The position numbers and the translations under genes are program-made. This document shows positions 51,612-64,000 of a stretch of DNA of 64,000 bases, piece after piece. The notes beneath the pieces were generated by a model. It had not been told where the DNA came from, ran no database searches, and was given only the letters and a program-made list of their open reading frames with translations. The DNA comes from Macrostomum hystrix (lineage: Eukaryota > Animalia > Platyhelminthes), in assembly GCA_950097015.1 (NCBI GenBank), contig CATNEN010000012.1, positions 3,753,632 to 3,817,631 on the forward strand, written 5' to 3'. How positions within the stretch are numbered: position 1 is the stretch's first letter; each line of letters begins with the position of its first letter.

Positions 51612-54600
51612 CAATGATTCAAACGCTGGGTTAGCCATGATTCAAACTCTGGTTTTGCCATGATTCAAACTCTGGTTTAGCCATGATTCAGAATCTAGTT
51701 TAGCCATGATTCAGACGCTGGTTTAGCTATGATTCAAACTCTGGTTTAGCCATGATTCAGACGCTGGTTTAGCTATGATTTAAACTCTGGTTTAGCCATG
51801 ATTCAGACTCTGGTGTAGCCATGATTCAGACTCTGGTTTAGCCATGATTCAGACTCTGGTTTAGCCATGATTCAGACTCTGGTTTAGCTATGAGCCATGA
51901 TTCAGACTCTGGTGTAGCCATGATTCAGACTCTGGTTTAGCCATGATTCAGACTCTGGTTTAGCCATGATTCAGACTCTGGTTTAGCTATGAGCCATGAT
52001 TCAGACTCTGGTGTAGCCATGAATCAGACTCTGGTTTAGCCATGATTCAAACTCTGGTTTAGCTATGATTTAAACTCTGGTGTAGCCATGATTCAGACTC
52101 TGGTTTAGCTATGATTCAAACTCTGGTTTAGCCATGATTCAGACTCTGGTTTAGCTATGATTCAGACTCTGGTTTAGCCATGATTCAGACTCTGGTGTAG
52201 CCATGATTCAGACTCTGGTTTAGCCATGATTCAAACTCTGGTTAAGCCATGATTCAGACTCTGGTTTAGCCATGATTCAGACTCTGGTTTAGCTATGATT
52301 CAAACTCTGGTTTAGCCATCATTCAAGCTCTGGTTTAGACATGATTCAAACTCTGGTTAGCCATGATTGAAACTCAATTTTAGCTATTATTCAATCGCTG
52401 GTTTAGCAATGATTCGAACTCTGGTTTAGCAATGATTCGAACTCTGGTTTAGCAATGATTCAAACTCTGGTTTAGCAATGATTCAGACTCTGGTTTAGCC
52501 ATGATTCAGACTCCAGTTTAGCCATGATTCAAGCTCTGGTTTAGCCATGTTTCAGACTCTAGTTTCGCCTTGATTCAAATTTAGCCATGATTCAGACTCT
52601 AGGTTAGCCATGATTCAAACGTTGGTTTAGCCATGATTCAAACTCTGGTTTAGCCCTGATTCAAACTCTGGTTTAGCCATGATTCAGACGCTGTGATGAT
52701 TTAAAGTCTGCTTTAGCCATGATTCAAACTCTGTTTTAGCCATGATTTAAACTCTGGTGTAGCCATGATTCAAACTCTGGTTTCGCCTTGATTCAAATTT
52801 AGCCATGATTCAGACTCTAGGTTAGCCATGATTCAAACGTTGGTTTAGCCATGATTCAAACTCTGGTTTAGCCCTGATTCAAACTCTGGTTTAGCCATGA
52901 TTCAGACGCTGTGATGATTTAAAGTCTGCTTTAGCCATGATTCAAACTCTGTTTTAGCCATGATTTAAACTCTGGTGTAGCCATGATTCAAACTCTGGTT
53001 TCGCCTTGATTCAAATTTAGCCATGATTCAGACTCTAGGTTAACCATGATTCAGACTCTGGTTTAGCCATGATTCAAACTCTGGTTTAGCCATGATTCAA
53101 ACTCTGGTTTAGCCATGATTCAGACTCTGGTTTAGCCATGATTCAAACTCTGGTTTAGCAATGATTCAGACTCTGGTTTAGCCATGATTCAGACTCCAGT
53201 TTTGCCATGATTCAGACTCTGGTTTAGCCATGATTCAAACACTGGTTTAGCCATCATTCAAGCTCTGGTTTAGACATGATTCAAACTCTGGTTTAGCCGT
53301 GATTCAAACTCTGGTTTAGCCATGATTCAAACGCTGGTTTAGAATGATTCAAACTCTGGTTTAGCCATGATTCAAACTCTTGTTTAGCAATGATTCAGAC
53401 TCTGGTTTAGCCATGATTCAGACTCCAGTTTAGCCATGATTCAAGCTCTGGTTTAGCCATGATTCAAACTCTGGTTTAGCAATGATTCAGACTCTGGTTT
53501 AGCCATGATTCAGACTCCAGTTTTGCCATGATTCAGACTCTGATTTAGCCATGATTCAAACTCTGGTTTGGCCATGATTCAAACTCTGGTTAAGCCATGA
53601 TTCAAACTCTGGTTAAGCCATGATTCAGACTCTGGTTTAGCCATGATTCAAACTATGCTTTAGCCATGATTCAAACACTGGTTTAGCCATCATTCAAGCT
53701 CTGGTTTAGACATGATTCAAACTCTGGTTTAGCCGTGATTCAAACTCTGGTTTAGCCATGATTCAAACGCTGGTTTAGAATGATTCAAACTCTGGTTTAG
53801 CCATGATTCAAAATCTGGTTTAGCAATGATTCAGACTCTGGTTTAGCCATGATTGAAACTCAATTTTAGCTATTATTCAATCGCTGGTTTAGCAATGATT
53901 CGAACTCTGGTTTAGCAATGATTCGAACTCTGGTTTAGCCGTGATTCAAACTCTGGTTTAGCCATGATTCAAACGATGGTTTAGACCTGATTCAAACTCT
54001 GGTTTGCCATGATTCAAAATCTGGTTTAGCAATGATTCAGACTCCAGTTTAGCCATGATTCAAGCTCTGGTTTAGCCATGTTTCAGACTCTAGTTTCACC
54101 TTGATTCAAATTTAGCCATGATTCAGACTCTAGGTTAGCCATGATTCAAACGTTGGTTTAGCCATGATTCAAACTCTGGTTTAGCCATGATTCAAACTCT
54201 GGTTTAGCCATGATTCAGACGCTGTGATGATTTAAAGTCTGCTTTAGCCATGATTCAAACTCTGTTTTAGCCATGATTTAAACTCTGGTGTAGCCATGAT
54301 TCAAACTCTGGTTTCGCCTTGATTCAAATTTAGCCATGATTCAGACTCTAGGTTAACCATGATTCAGACTCTGGTTTAGCCATGATTCAAACTCTGGTTT
54401 AGCCATGATTCAAACTCTGGTTTAGCCATGATTCAGACTCTGGTTTAGCCATGATTCAAACTCTGGTTTAGCAATGATTCAGACTCTGGTTTAGCCATGA
54501 TTCAGACTCCAGTTTTGCCATGATTCAGACTCTGGTTTAGCCATGATTCAAACACTGGTTTAGCCATCATTCAAGCTCTGGTTTAGACATGATTCAAACT

Positions 54601-56705
54601 CTGGTTTAGCCGTGATTCAAACTCTGGTTTAGCCATGATTCAAACGCTGGTTTAGAATGATTCAAACTCTGGTTTAGCCATGATTCAAACTCTTGTTTAG
54701 CAATGATTCAGACTCTGGTTTAGCCATGATTCAGACTCCAGTTTAGCCATGATTCAAGCTCTGGTTTAGCCATGATTCAAACTCTGGTTTAGCAATGATT
54801 CAGACTCTGGTTTAGCCATGATTCAGACTCCAGTTTTGCCATGATTCAGACTCTGATTTAGCCATGATTCAAACTCTGGTTTGGCCATGATTCAAACTCT
54901 GGTTAAGCCATGATTCAAACTCTGGTTAAGCCATGATTCAGACTCTGGTTTAGCCATGATTCAAACTATGCTTTAGCCATGATTCAAACACTGGTTTAGC
55001 CATCATTCAAGCTCTGGTTTAGACATGATTCAAACTCTGGTTTAGCCGTGATTCAAACTCTGGTTTAGCCATGATTCAAACGCTGGTTTAGAATGATTCA
55101 AACTCTGGTTTAGCCATGATTCAAACTCTTGTTTAGCAATGATTCAGACTCTGGTTTAGCCATGATTCAGACTCCAGTTTAGCCATGATTCAAGCTCTGG
55201 TTTAGCCATGATTCAAACTCTGGTTTAGCAATGATTCAGACTCTGGTTTAGCCATGATTCAGACTCCAGTTTAGCCATGATTCAAGCTCTGGTTTAGCCA
55301 TGATTCAAACTCTGGTTTAGCCATGATTCAGACTATGGTTTAGCCATGATTCAGACTCTAGGTTAGCCATGATTCAAACGTTGGTTTAGCCATGATTCAG
55401 ACTCTGGTTTAGCCATGATTTAAATTCTGGTTTAGCCATGATTCAGACTCTGGTTTAGCCATGATTCAAACTCTGGTTAAGCCATGATTCAGACTCTGGT
55501 TTAGCCATGATTCAAACTCTGGTTTAGCCATGATTCAGACGCTGGTTTAGCCATGATTCAGACTCTGGTTTAGCCATGATTCAGACTCTGGTTAAGCCAT
55601 GATTCAGACTCTGGTTTAGCCATGATTTAAATTCTGGTTAAGCCATGATTCAGACTCTGGTTTAGCCATGATTCAAACTCTAGTTAAGCCATGATTCAGA
55701 CTCTGGTTTAGCCATGATTCAAACTCTGCTTTAGCCATGATTCAAACTCTAGTTAAGCCATGATTCAGACTCTGGTTTAGCCATGATTCAGACTCTGGTT
55801 TAGCCATGATTCAAACTCTGCTTTAGCCATGATTCAAACTCTAGTTAAGCCATGATTCAGACTCTGGTTTAGCCATGATTCAAACTCTGCTTTAGCCATG
55901 ATTCAGACGCTGGTTTAGCCATGATTCAAGCTCTATTTTTGCCATGATTCAAATTCAGGTTTGCTATGATTTATGATATTTTATTTACGAAATGAAAAAA
56001 ATAAATCAAAATAATCTTCAATCACTACTGGCTGAAAATTAGTCTAAATAATTTGACGCAGTGCAGAATCGAACCCTAGCCTAGCCTAACTTATTCCTAG
56101 TGCCTAACACATCGGCTATTCCGACTGTTGGTTAGTGGGTGCAGAAATCAGCCTTATAAAATGAATTCTCAAAGTTCTGGCTTTGTACAATGAAGTAAGA
56201 AAATAGAGTAAATAGAGAAGCCATGATTCAGACTCTGGTTTAGCCATGATTTAAATTCTGGTTAAGCCATGATTCAGACTCTGGTTTAGCCATGATTCAA
56301 ACTCTAGTTAAGCCATGATTCAGACTCTGGTTTAGCCATGATTCAAACTCTGCTTTAGCCATGATTCAGACGCTGGTTTAGCCATGATTCAAACTCTGGT
56401 TTAGCCATGATTCAAACTCTGGTTAAGCCATGATTCAGACTCTGGTTTAGCCATGATTCAAACTCTGGTTTAGCCATGATTCAAACTCTGGTTTAGCCAT
56501 GATTCAAACTCTGGTTTAGCCATGATTCAAACTCTGGTTTAGCCATGATTCAAACTCTGGTTTAGCCGTGATTCAAACTCTGGTTTAGCCATGATTCAAA
56601 CTCTGGTTTAGCCATGATTCAAACTCTGGTTTAGCCATGATTCAGACGCTGGTTTAGCCATGATTCAAGCTCTATTTTTGCCATGATTCAAATTCAGGTT
56701 TGCTA
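51612..56705. repeat. 23-bp satellite array (unit 1), interrupted by a spacer module at ~55965-56220
   Basis: atgattcaaactctggtttagcc; period 23. Confidence 0.97.
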
Positions 56706-57437
56706 TGATTTATGATATTTTATTTACGAAATGAAAAAAATAAATCAAAATAATCTTCAATCACTACTGGCTGAAAATTAGTCTAAATAATTTGACGCAG
56801 TGCAGAATCGAACCCTAGCCTAGCCTAACTTATTCCTAGTGCCTACACATCGGCTATTCCGACTGTTGGTTAGTGGGTGCAGAAATCAGCCTTATAAAAT
56901 GAATTCTCAAAGTTCTGGCTTTGTACAATGAAGTAAGAAAATAGAGTACACTCAGTCTCGCGGTTGGTTGTGTACATTTATTTCCAATTTGTCTCCAGAG
57001 TGCAGGCTTCAAATTCAATCAGCTAGGGGTTGTTGCGCAATTTGACGATGCAATTCTAATTCAGTGGCAGTGAGTGGTTTGACCTTTGAAAAATCATGTT
57101 TTTCGAATATTTAATCCCTTTAGCAATAAAGTTAAGCTTAATAAAAATACGTGTATAATTGTCCCCATATTTGGCATCTTTTGGTGAAGAAATGGTGAAA
57201 ATCGGTTGAGCCGTTCGGGAGAAAATCAATTACAAGCAACCAAGCAAGCAACCAACCAACCATTTCATTTTTAGTATATTTATAAGTTAAGCTTAATAAA
57301 AATACGTGTATAATTGTCCCCATATTTGGCATCTTTTGGTGAAGAAATGGTGAAAATCGGTTGAGCCGTTCGGGAGAAAATCAATTACAAGCAACCAAGC
57401 AAGCAACCAACCAACCATTTCATTTTTAGTATATTTA

Positions 57438-57770
57438 CTAGCTGCCTTCGCTACCCTCTGGGTAGCCTCCCTGTGAGTTCTTATCAGTACGCGCGTGCGT
57501 TATCAAAACTGGCTCTGATGCAATCATTAAAATTGGCACTGAAGGCCTCACTGTGCACAAGCTGTAAACAAGAATGCATTAGAAAAGCCTATTTAAAACT
57601 GTTTTTCGAATATTTAATCCCCTTGCCAATGGAATTAAGCTTAATAAAATTACGTGTACCGATTCCGGCCCATTTGTGATCTTTTGGCGAAGGAATTGTG
57701 AAAATCGGTTGAGCCGTTCGGGAGCTAGTCGATTGCAAGCAAGCAAGATTTTCATTTTTAGTATATTAGA
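57438..57770 (-). mobile_element. Short Helitron-like element, family B, copy 1 (333 bp)
   Basis: 5' TCTAATATACT..., 3' hairpin GCTACCC-AGA-GGGTAGC, 8 nt, CTAG. Confidence 0.75.
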
Positions 57771-57814
57771 AGATTACAAGCAACCAACCAACCATTTCAT
57801 TTTTAGTATATTTA

Positions 57815-58141
57815 CTAGCTGCCTTCGCTACCCTCTGGGTAGCCTCGCTTGAGTTCTTATCAGTTCGTTATCAAAACTGGCTCTGATGCAATCATTAAAA
57901 TTGGCACTGGAGCCTCACTGCGCACAAGCTGAAAACAAGAATGCATTAGAAAAGCCTATTTAAAACAGTTTTTCGAATATTTAATCCCCTTGGCAATGGA
58001 ATTAAGCTTAATAAAAATACGTGTATATGTGTCCCCATATTTGGCATCTTTTGGTGAAGAAATGGTGAAAATCGGTTGAGCCGTTCGGGAGAAAATCAAT
58101 TACAAGCAAGCAAGCAAGATTTTCATTTTTAGTATATTAGA
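57815..58141 (-). mobile_element. Short Helitron-like element, family B, copy 2 (327 bp)
   Basis: Same termini as 57438-57770; its 5' TC abuts the CTAG of unit 2. Confidence 0.75.
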
Positions 58142-58235
58142 CTAGCAAGTTTTGCCCCCCTTCGGGGAGCAGAAATACTTTTAATTCGTCTAGTACATAC
58201 TTTTTAGCAGCTGAATTTACAGCTTTTTAAAGCTA

Positions 58236-61070
58236 CAATGAACCCCCAGTTGACAATGATCCCCCAGTTGACAATGATCCCCCCGTTGATGATGATCTCC
58301 TAGTTGATGATGATACCCCAGTTGACAATGATCCCCCAGTTGACAATGATCCCCCAGTTGACAATGATCCCCCAGTTGATGATGATCCCCCGTTGATGAT
58401 GATCTCCCAGTTGACAATGATCCCCCAGTTGACAATGATCCCCCAGTTGACAATGATCCCCCCGTTGATGATGATCTCCCAGTTGATGATGATACCCCAG
58501 TTGACAATGATCCCCCAGTTGACAATGATCCCCCAGTTGACAATGATCCTCCAGTTGATGATGATCCCCCGTTGATGATGATCTCCCAGTTGACAATGAT
58601 CCCGCCCGTTGACAATGATCCCACAGTTGACAATGAACCCCCAGTTGACAATGATCCCCCAGTTCATGATGACCCTCAGTTGACAATGATCCCCCAGTTG
58701 ACAATGATCCCCCAGTTCACAATGATCCCCCAGTTGATGATGATCCCCCAGTTGATGATGATCCCCCAGTTGATGATGATCCCCCAGTTGATGATGATCA
58801 CCCAGTTGACAATGATCCCCCAGTTGACAATGATCCCCCCGTTGATGATGATCTCCCAGTTGATGATGATACCCCTGTTGACAATGATCCCCCAGTTCAT
58901 GATGACCCTCAGTTGACAATGATCCCCCAGTTGACAATGATCCCACAGTTGACAATGATCCCCCAGTTGACAAAGATCCCCCAGTTCACAATGATCCACC
59001 AGTTAACAAAGATCCCCCAGTTCACAATGATCCCCTAGTTGATGAAGTCTCCCCATTGATGATGATCCCCAGTTAACAATGTTCCTCCAGTTGACAATGT
59101 TCCCCCAGTTGACAATGATCCCCCAGTTGATGATGATCACCCAGTTGACAATGATCCCCCAGTTGACAATGATCCCCCAGTTGACAATGATCCCCCAGTT
59201 GACAATGATCCCGCCGGTTGACAATGATCCCACAGTTGACAATGAACCCCCAGTTGACAATGATCCCCCAGTTGATGATGATCCCCCAGTTGACAATGAT
59301 CCCCCAGTTGATGATGATGCCCCAGTTGACAATGAACCCCCAGTTGACAAAGATCACCCAGTTGATGATGATCCCCCAGTTGATGATGATCACCCAGTTG
59401 ACAATGATCCCCCAGTTGACAATGATCCCCCCGTTGATGATGATCTCCCAGTTGATGATGATACCCCAGTTGACAATGATCCCCCAGTTGACAATGATCA
59501 CCCAGTTGACAATGATCCCCCAGTTGACAATGATCCCCCCGTTGATGATGATCTCCCAGTTGATGATGATACCCCTGTTGACAATGATCCCCCAGTTCAT
59601 GATGACCCTCAGTTGACAATGATCCCCCAGTTGACAATGATCCCACAGTTGACAATGATCCCCCAGTTGACAAAGATCCCCCAGTTCACAATGATCCACC
59701 AGTTAACAAAGATCCCCCAGTTCACAATGATCCCCTAGTTGATGAAGTCTCCCCATTGATGATGATCCCCAGTTAACAATGTTCCTCCAGTTGACAATGT
59801 TCCCCCAGTTGACAATGATCCCCCAGTTGATGATGATCACCCAGTTGACAATGATCCCCCAGTTGACAATGATCCCCCAGTTGACAATGATCCCCCAGTT
59901 GACAATGATCCCGCCGGTTGACAATGATCCCACAGTTGACAATGAACCCCCAGTTGACAATGATCCCCCAGTTGACAATGATCCCGCCGGTTGACAATGA
60001 TCCCACAGTTGACAATGAACCCCCAGTTGACAATGATCCCCCAGTTGATGATGATCCCCCAGTTGACAATGATCCCCCAGTTGATGATGATGTCCCAGTT
60101 GACAATGAACCCCCAGTTGACAAAGATCACCCAGTTGATGATGATCCCCCAGTTGAAGATGATCACCCAGTTGACAATGATCCCCCAGTTGACAATGATC
60201 CCCCCGTTGATGATGATCTCCCAGTTGATGATGATACCCCAGTTGACAATGATCCCCCAGTTGACAATGATCCCCCAGTTGACAATGATCCCCCAGTTGA
60301 TGATGATCCCCCGTTGATGATGATCTCCCAGTTGACAATGATCCCCCAGTTGACAATGATCCCCCAGTTGACAATGAACCCCCAGTTGACAACGATCCCC
60401 CAGTTGACAATGATCCCCCATTTGACAATGATCCCCCAGTTGACAATGATCCCCCAGTTGATGATGATCTCCCAGTTGATAATGATCCCACAGTTGACAA
60501 TGATCCCCCAGTTGACAATGATCCCCCAGTTGACAATGATCCCCCAGTTGACAATGATCCCCCAGTTGACAATGATCCCCCAGTTGACAATGATCCCCTA
60601 GTTGATGAAGTCTCCCCATTGATGATGATCCCCAGTTAACAATGTTCCTCCAGTTGACAATGTTCCCCCAGTTGATAATGATCCCCCAGTTGATGATGAT
60701 CACCCAGTTGACAATGATCCCCCAGTTGACAATGATCCCCCAGTTGACAATGATCCCCCAGTTGACAATGATCCCGCCGGTTGACAATGATCCCACAGTT
60801 GACAATGAACCCCCAGTTGACAATGATCCCCCAGTTGATGATGATCCCCCAGTTGACAATGATCCCCCAGTTGATGATGATGCCCCAGTTGACAATGAAC
60901 CCCCAGTTGACAAAGATCACCCAGTTGATGATGATCCCCCAGTTGATGATGATCACCCAGTTGACAATGATCCCCAAGTTGACCATGATCCCCCATTTGA
61001 TGATGATTCCCCAGTTGACAATTATACCCCAGTTTACCATGATCCCCATTTTGATGATGACTCCTCAGTT
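58236..61070. repeat. 18-bp satellite array (unit 2)
   Basis: gttgacaatgatccccca with higher-order duplications. Confidence 0.97.
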
Positions 61071-61089
61071 GACGTTGATTTTTCAAACG

Positions 61090-61925
61090 CTGGGTAAGCC
61101 AAGATTCAAACTCAGATTTCGCCATGTTTTAAACCCTGGTGGGCTATGATTCAAACTCTCGTTTTGCCATGATTCAAACTCTGGTTTAGCCATGATTCAG
61201 ACTCCGGTTGACTATGATTCAAACTCTGGTTTTGCCATGATTCAAACGCTGGTTTAGCCATGATTCAAACTCTGGTTTAGCCATGATTTAAGCTCTGGTT
61301 TAGCCATGATTCAAGCTCTGGTTTAGCCATGATTCAAGCTCTGGTTTAGCCATGATTCAAACTCTGGTTTAGCCATGATTCACACTCCGGTTGACTATGA
61401 TTCAAACTCTGGTTTTGCCATGATTTAAACTCTGGATTAGCCATGATTCAAACTCTGGTTTAGCCATGATTTAAGCTCTGGTTTAGCCATGATTCAAACT
61501 CTGGTTTAGCCATGATTCAAGCTCTGGTTTAGCCATGATTCAGACTCTGGTTTAGCCATGATTCAAACTATGCTTTAGCCATGATTCAAACTCTGGTTTA
61601 GACATGATTCAAACTCTGGTTTAGCCGTGATTCAAACTCTGGTTTAGCCATGATTCAAACGCTGGTTTAGAATGATTCAAACTCTGGTTTAGCCATGATT
61701 CAAACTCTTGTTTAGCAATGATTCAGACTCTGGTTTAGCCATGATTCAGACTCCAGTTTAGCCATGATTCAAACTCTTGTTTAGCCATGATTCAAACTCT
61801 GGTTTAGCCATGGTTCAAACTCTGGTTTAGCCATGATTCAGACTCTGGTTTAGCCATGATTCAGACTCTAGTTTAGCCATGATTCAGACTCTATTTTTGC
61901 AATGATTCAAACTCAGGTGTGCTAT
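61090..61925. repeat. 23-bp satellite array (unit 2)
   Basis: atgattcaaactctggtttagcc. Confidence 0.96.
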
Positions 61926-62617
61926 GATTTATGATATTTTATTTACGAAATGAAAAAAATAAATTAAAATAGTCTTCAATCACTACTGGCTGAAAATTAT
62001 TCTAAAATGATTTGACGCAGTGCAGAATCGAACCCTAGCCTAGCCTATAACCTATTCCTAGTGCCTACACATCGGCTATTCCGACTGTTGGTTAGTGGGT
62101 GCAAAAATCAGCCTTATAAAATGATTTCTCAAAGTTCTGGCTTTGTACAATGAAGTGAGAAAATAGAGTACACTCAGTCTCGCGGTTGGTTGTGTACATT
62201 TATTTCCAATTTGTCTCCAGAGTGCAGGCTTCAAATTCAATCAGCTAGGGGTTGTTGCGCAATTTGACGATGCAATTCTAATTCAGTGGCAGTGAGCAAA
62301 ATTCTTAATAGGCCAAGATGGTTTGACCTTTAAAAAATCTGGTTTTTCGAATATTTAATCCCCTTAGCAATAAAGTAAGGCTTAATAAAAATACGTGTAT
62401 AATTGTCCCTATATTTGGCATCTTTTGGTGAAGAAATGGTGAAAATCGGTTGAGCCGTTCGGGAGAAAATCAATTACAAGCAACCAAGCAACCAAGCAAC
62501 CATTTCATTTTTAGTATAGTGGACTAGCAAGTTTTGCCCCCCTTCGGGGAGCAGAAATACTTTTAATTCGTCTAGTATATACTTTTTAGCAGCTGAATTT
62601 ACAGCTTTTTAAAGCTA

Positions 62618-63145
62618 CAATGAACCCCCAGTTGACAATGATCCCCCAGTTGACAATGATCCCCCAGTTGACAATGAACCCCCAGTTAACAATGAACCCC
62701 CAGTTGACAACGATCCCCCAGTTGACAATGATCCCCCATTTGACAATGATCCCCCAGTTGACAATGATCCCACAGTTGACAATGATCCCCCAGTTGACAA
62801 AGATCCCCCAGTTGACAATGATCCCCCAGTTGACAATGATCCCCCAGTTGACAATGATCCCCCAGTTGACAATGATCCCCCAGTTGATGATGATCCCCCA
62901 GTTGACAATGATCCCCCAGTTGAGAATGATCCCCCAGTTGACAATGATCCCCCAGTTGACAATGATCCCCCATTTGACAATGATCCCCCAGTTGACAATG
63001 ATCCCCCAGTTGACAATGATCCCCCAGTTGACAATGATCCCCCAGTTGACAATGATCCCCCAGTCGACAATTATCCCCCAGTTTACCATGATCCCCCAGT
63101 TCACCATGATCCCCATTTTGATGATGACTCCCCAGTTGACGTTGA
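62618..63145. repeat. 18-bp satellite array (unit 3)
   Basis: gttgacaatgatccccca. Confidence 0.96.
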
Positions 63146-63149
63146 TTTT

Positions 63150-64000
63150 TCAAACGCTGGGTTAGCCAAGATTCAAACTCAGGTTTCGCCATGTTTTAAA
63201 CCCTGGTGGGCTATGATTCAAACTCTCGTTTTGCCATGATTCAGACTCTGGTTTAGCCAAGATTCAAACTCTGGTTGGCTATGATTCAAACTCTGGTTTA
63301 GCCATGATTCAAGCGCTGGGTTAGCCATGATTGAAACTTGGTTTTTGCCATGATTCAAACTCTGGTTTAGCCATGATTCAAACGCTGGGTTAGCCATGAT
63401 TGAAACTCTGGTTTAGCCAAGATTCAAACTCTGGTTGGCTATGATTCAAAGTCTGGTTTAGCCATGATTCAAACTCTGGTTTAGCCATGATTCAGACTCT
63501 GGTTTAGCCATGATTCAAACTCTGGTGTAGCCATTATTCAAACTCTGGTTTAGCCATGATTCAAACTCTAGTTTAGCCATGCTGATGATGATGGTTTAGC
63601 CATGATTCAAACTCTAGTTTAGCCATGCTGATGATGATGGTTTAGCCATGATTTAGTCTCTGGTATAGCCATGATTCAGACGCTGGTTTAGCCATGATTC
63701 AAACTCTGGTGTAGCCAATATTCAAACTCTGGTTTAGCCATGATTCAAACTCTGGTTTAGCCATGATTCAGACTCTGATTTAGCCATGATTCAGACGCTG
63801 GTTTAGCCATGATTGAAACTCTGGTTTAGCCATGATTCAGACTCTGGTTTAGCCATGATTCAGACTCTGGTTAAGCCATGATTCAGACTCTGGTTTAGCC
63901 ATGATTCAAACTCTGCTTTAGCCATGACTCAAACTCTGGTTTAGCCATGATTCGGACTCTGGTTTAGCCATGATTCAAACTCTGCTTTAGCCATGATTCA
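63150..64000. repeat. 23-bp satellite array (unit 3)
   Basis: atgattcaaactctggtttagcc; continues past the window edge. Confidence 0.96.

Larger units (their letters stand above)
50528..57437 (-). mobile_element. Non-autonomous Helitron-like unit 1 carrying 18-bp and 23-bp arrays
   Basis: 3' end: minus-strand hairpin TGCTCCCC-GAA-GGGGGGCA, 7 nt, CTAG|T at 50528-50531; 5' module with AACCGATTT and (TTGC/TTGG)n microsatellite. Confidence 0.8.
58142..62523 (-). mobile_element. Non-autonomous Helitron-like unit 2 (4382 bp, both termini visible)
   Basis: 5' TCCACTATACTAAAAATG at 62523, 3' hairpin+CTAG at 58142; module order identical to unit 1. Confidence 0.85.
62524..64000 (-). mobile_element. 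Non-autonomous Helitron-like unit 3 (runs off the window)
   Basis: 3' hairpin+CTAG at 62524-62527, then the 18-bp and 23-bp arrays. Confidence 0.82.

Noticed and set aside
58217-63192. Many long ORFs (QLTMIP, LGDHCQ, WGIIVN, GGSLST, VDNDPP repeats)
   Set aside because: They are six-frame read-outs of an 18-bp satellite whose period is a multiple of 3; open on both strands, no splice or unique coding context.

Overview
Eukaryotic (spliceosomal GT-AG introns), repeat-rich animal genomic DNA. The GC-rich, Q/A-rich exons embedded in minisatellite-filled introns resemble a free-living flatworm such as Macrostomum; this is an inference, not a database match. Protein-coding content: TBC1D23 (minus strand, runs off the left edge), dyskerin DKC1/Cbf5, an intronless 403-aa unknown ORF, a Src-family tyrosine kinase, a BAG1-like co-chaperone, two tandem cathepsin L paralogues and a clan-2 cytochrome P450. 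Non-coding content: introns downstream of the DKC1 stop codon carry two U27/snR74-like C/D snoRNAs and a third candidate; a Penelope-like fragment carries a minimal hammerhead ribozyme; there are a tRNA-derived SINE family, hAT-like MITEs and many minisatellites. The last 13.5 kb is a head-to-tail concatemer of non-autonomous Helitron-like elements (hairpin+CTAG|TC junctions), each carrying an 18-bp and a 23-bp satellite array. Most long ORFs in the supplied track over repeats are artefacts.
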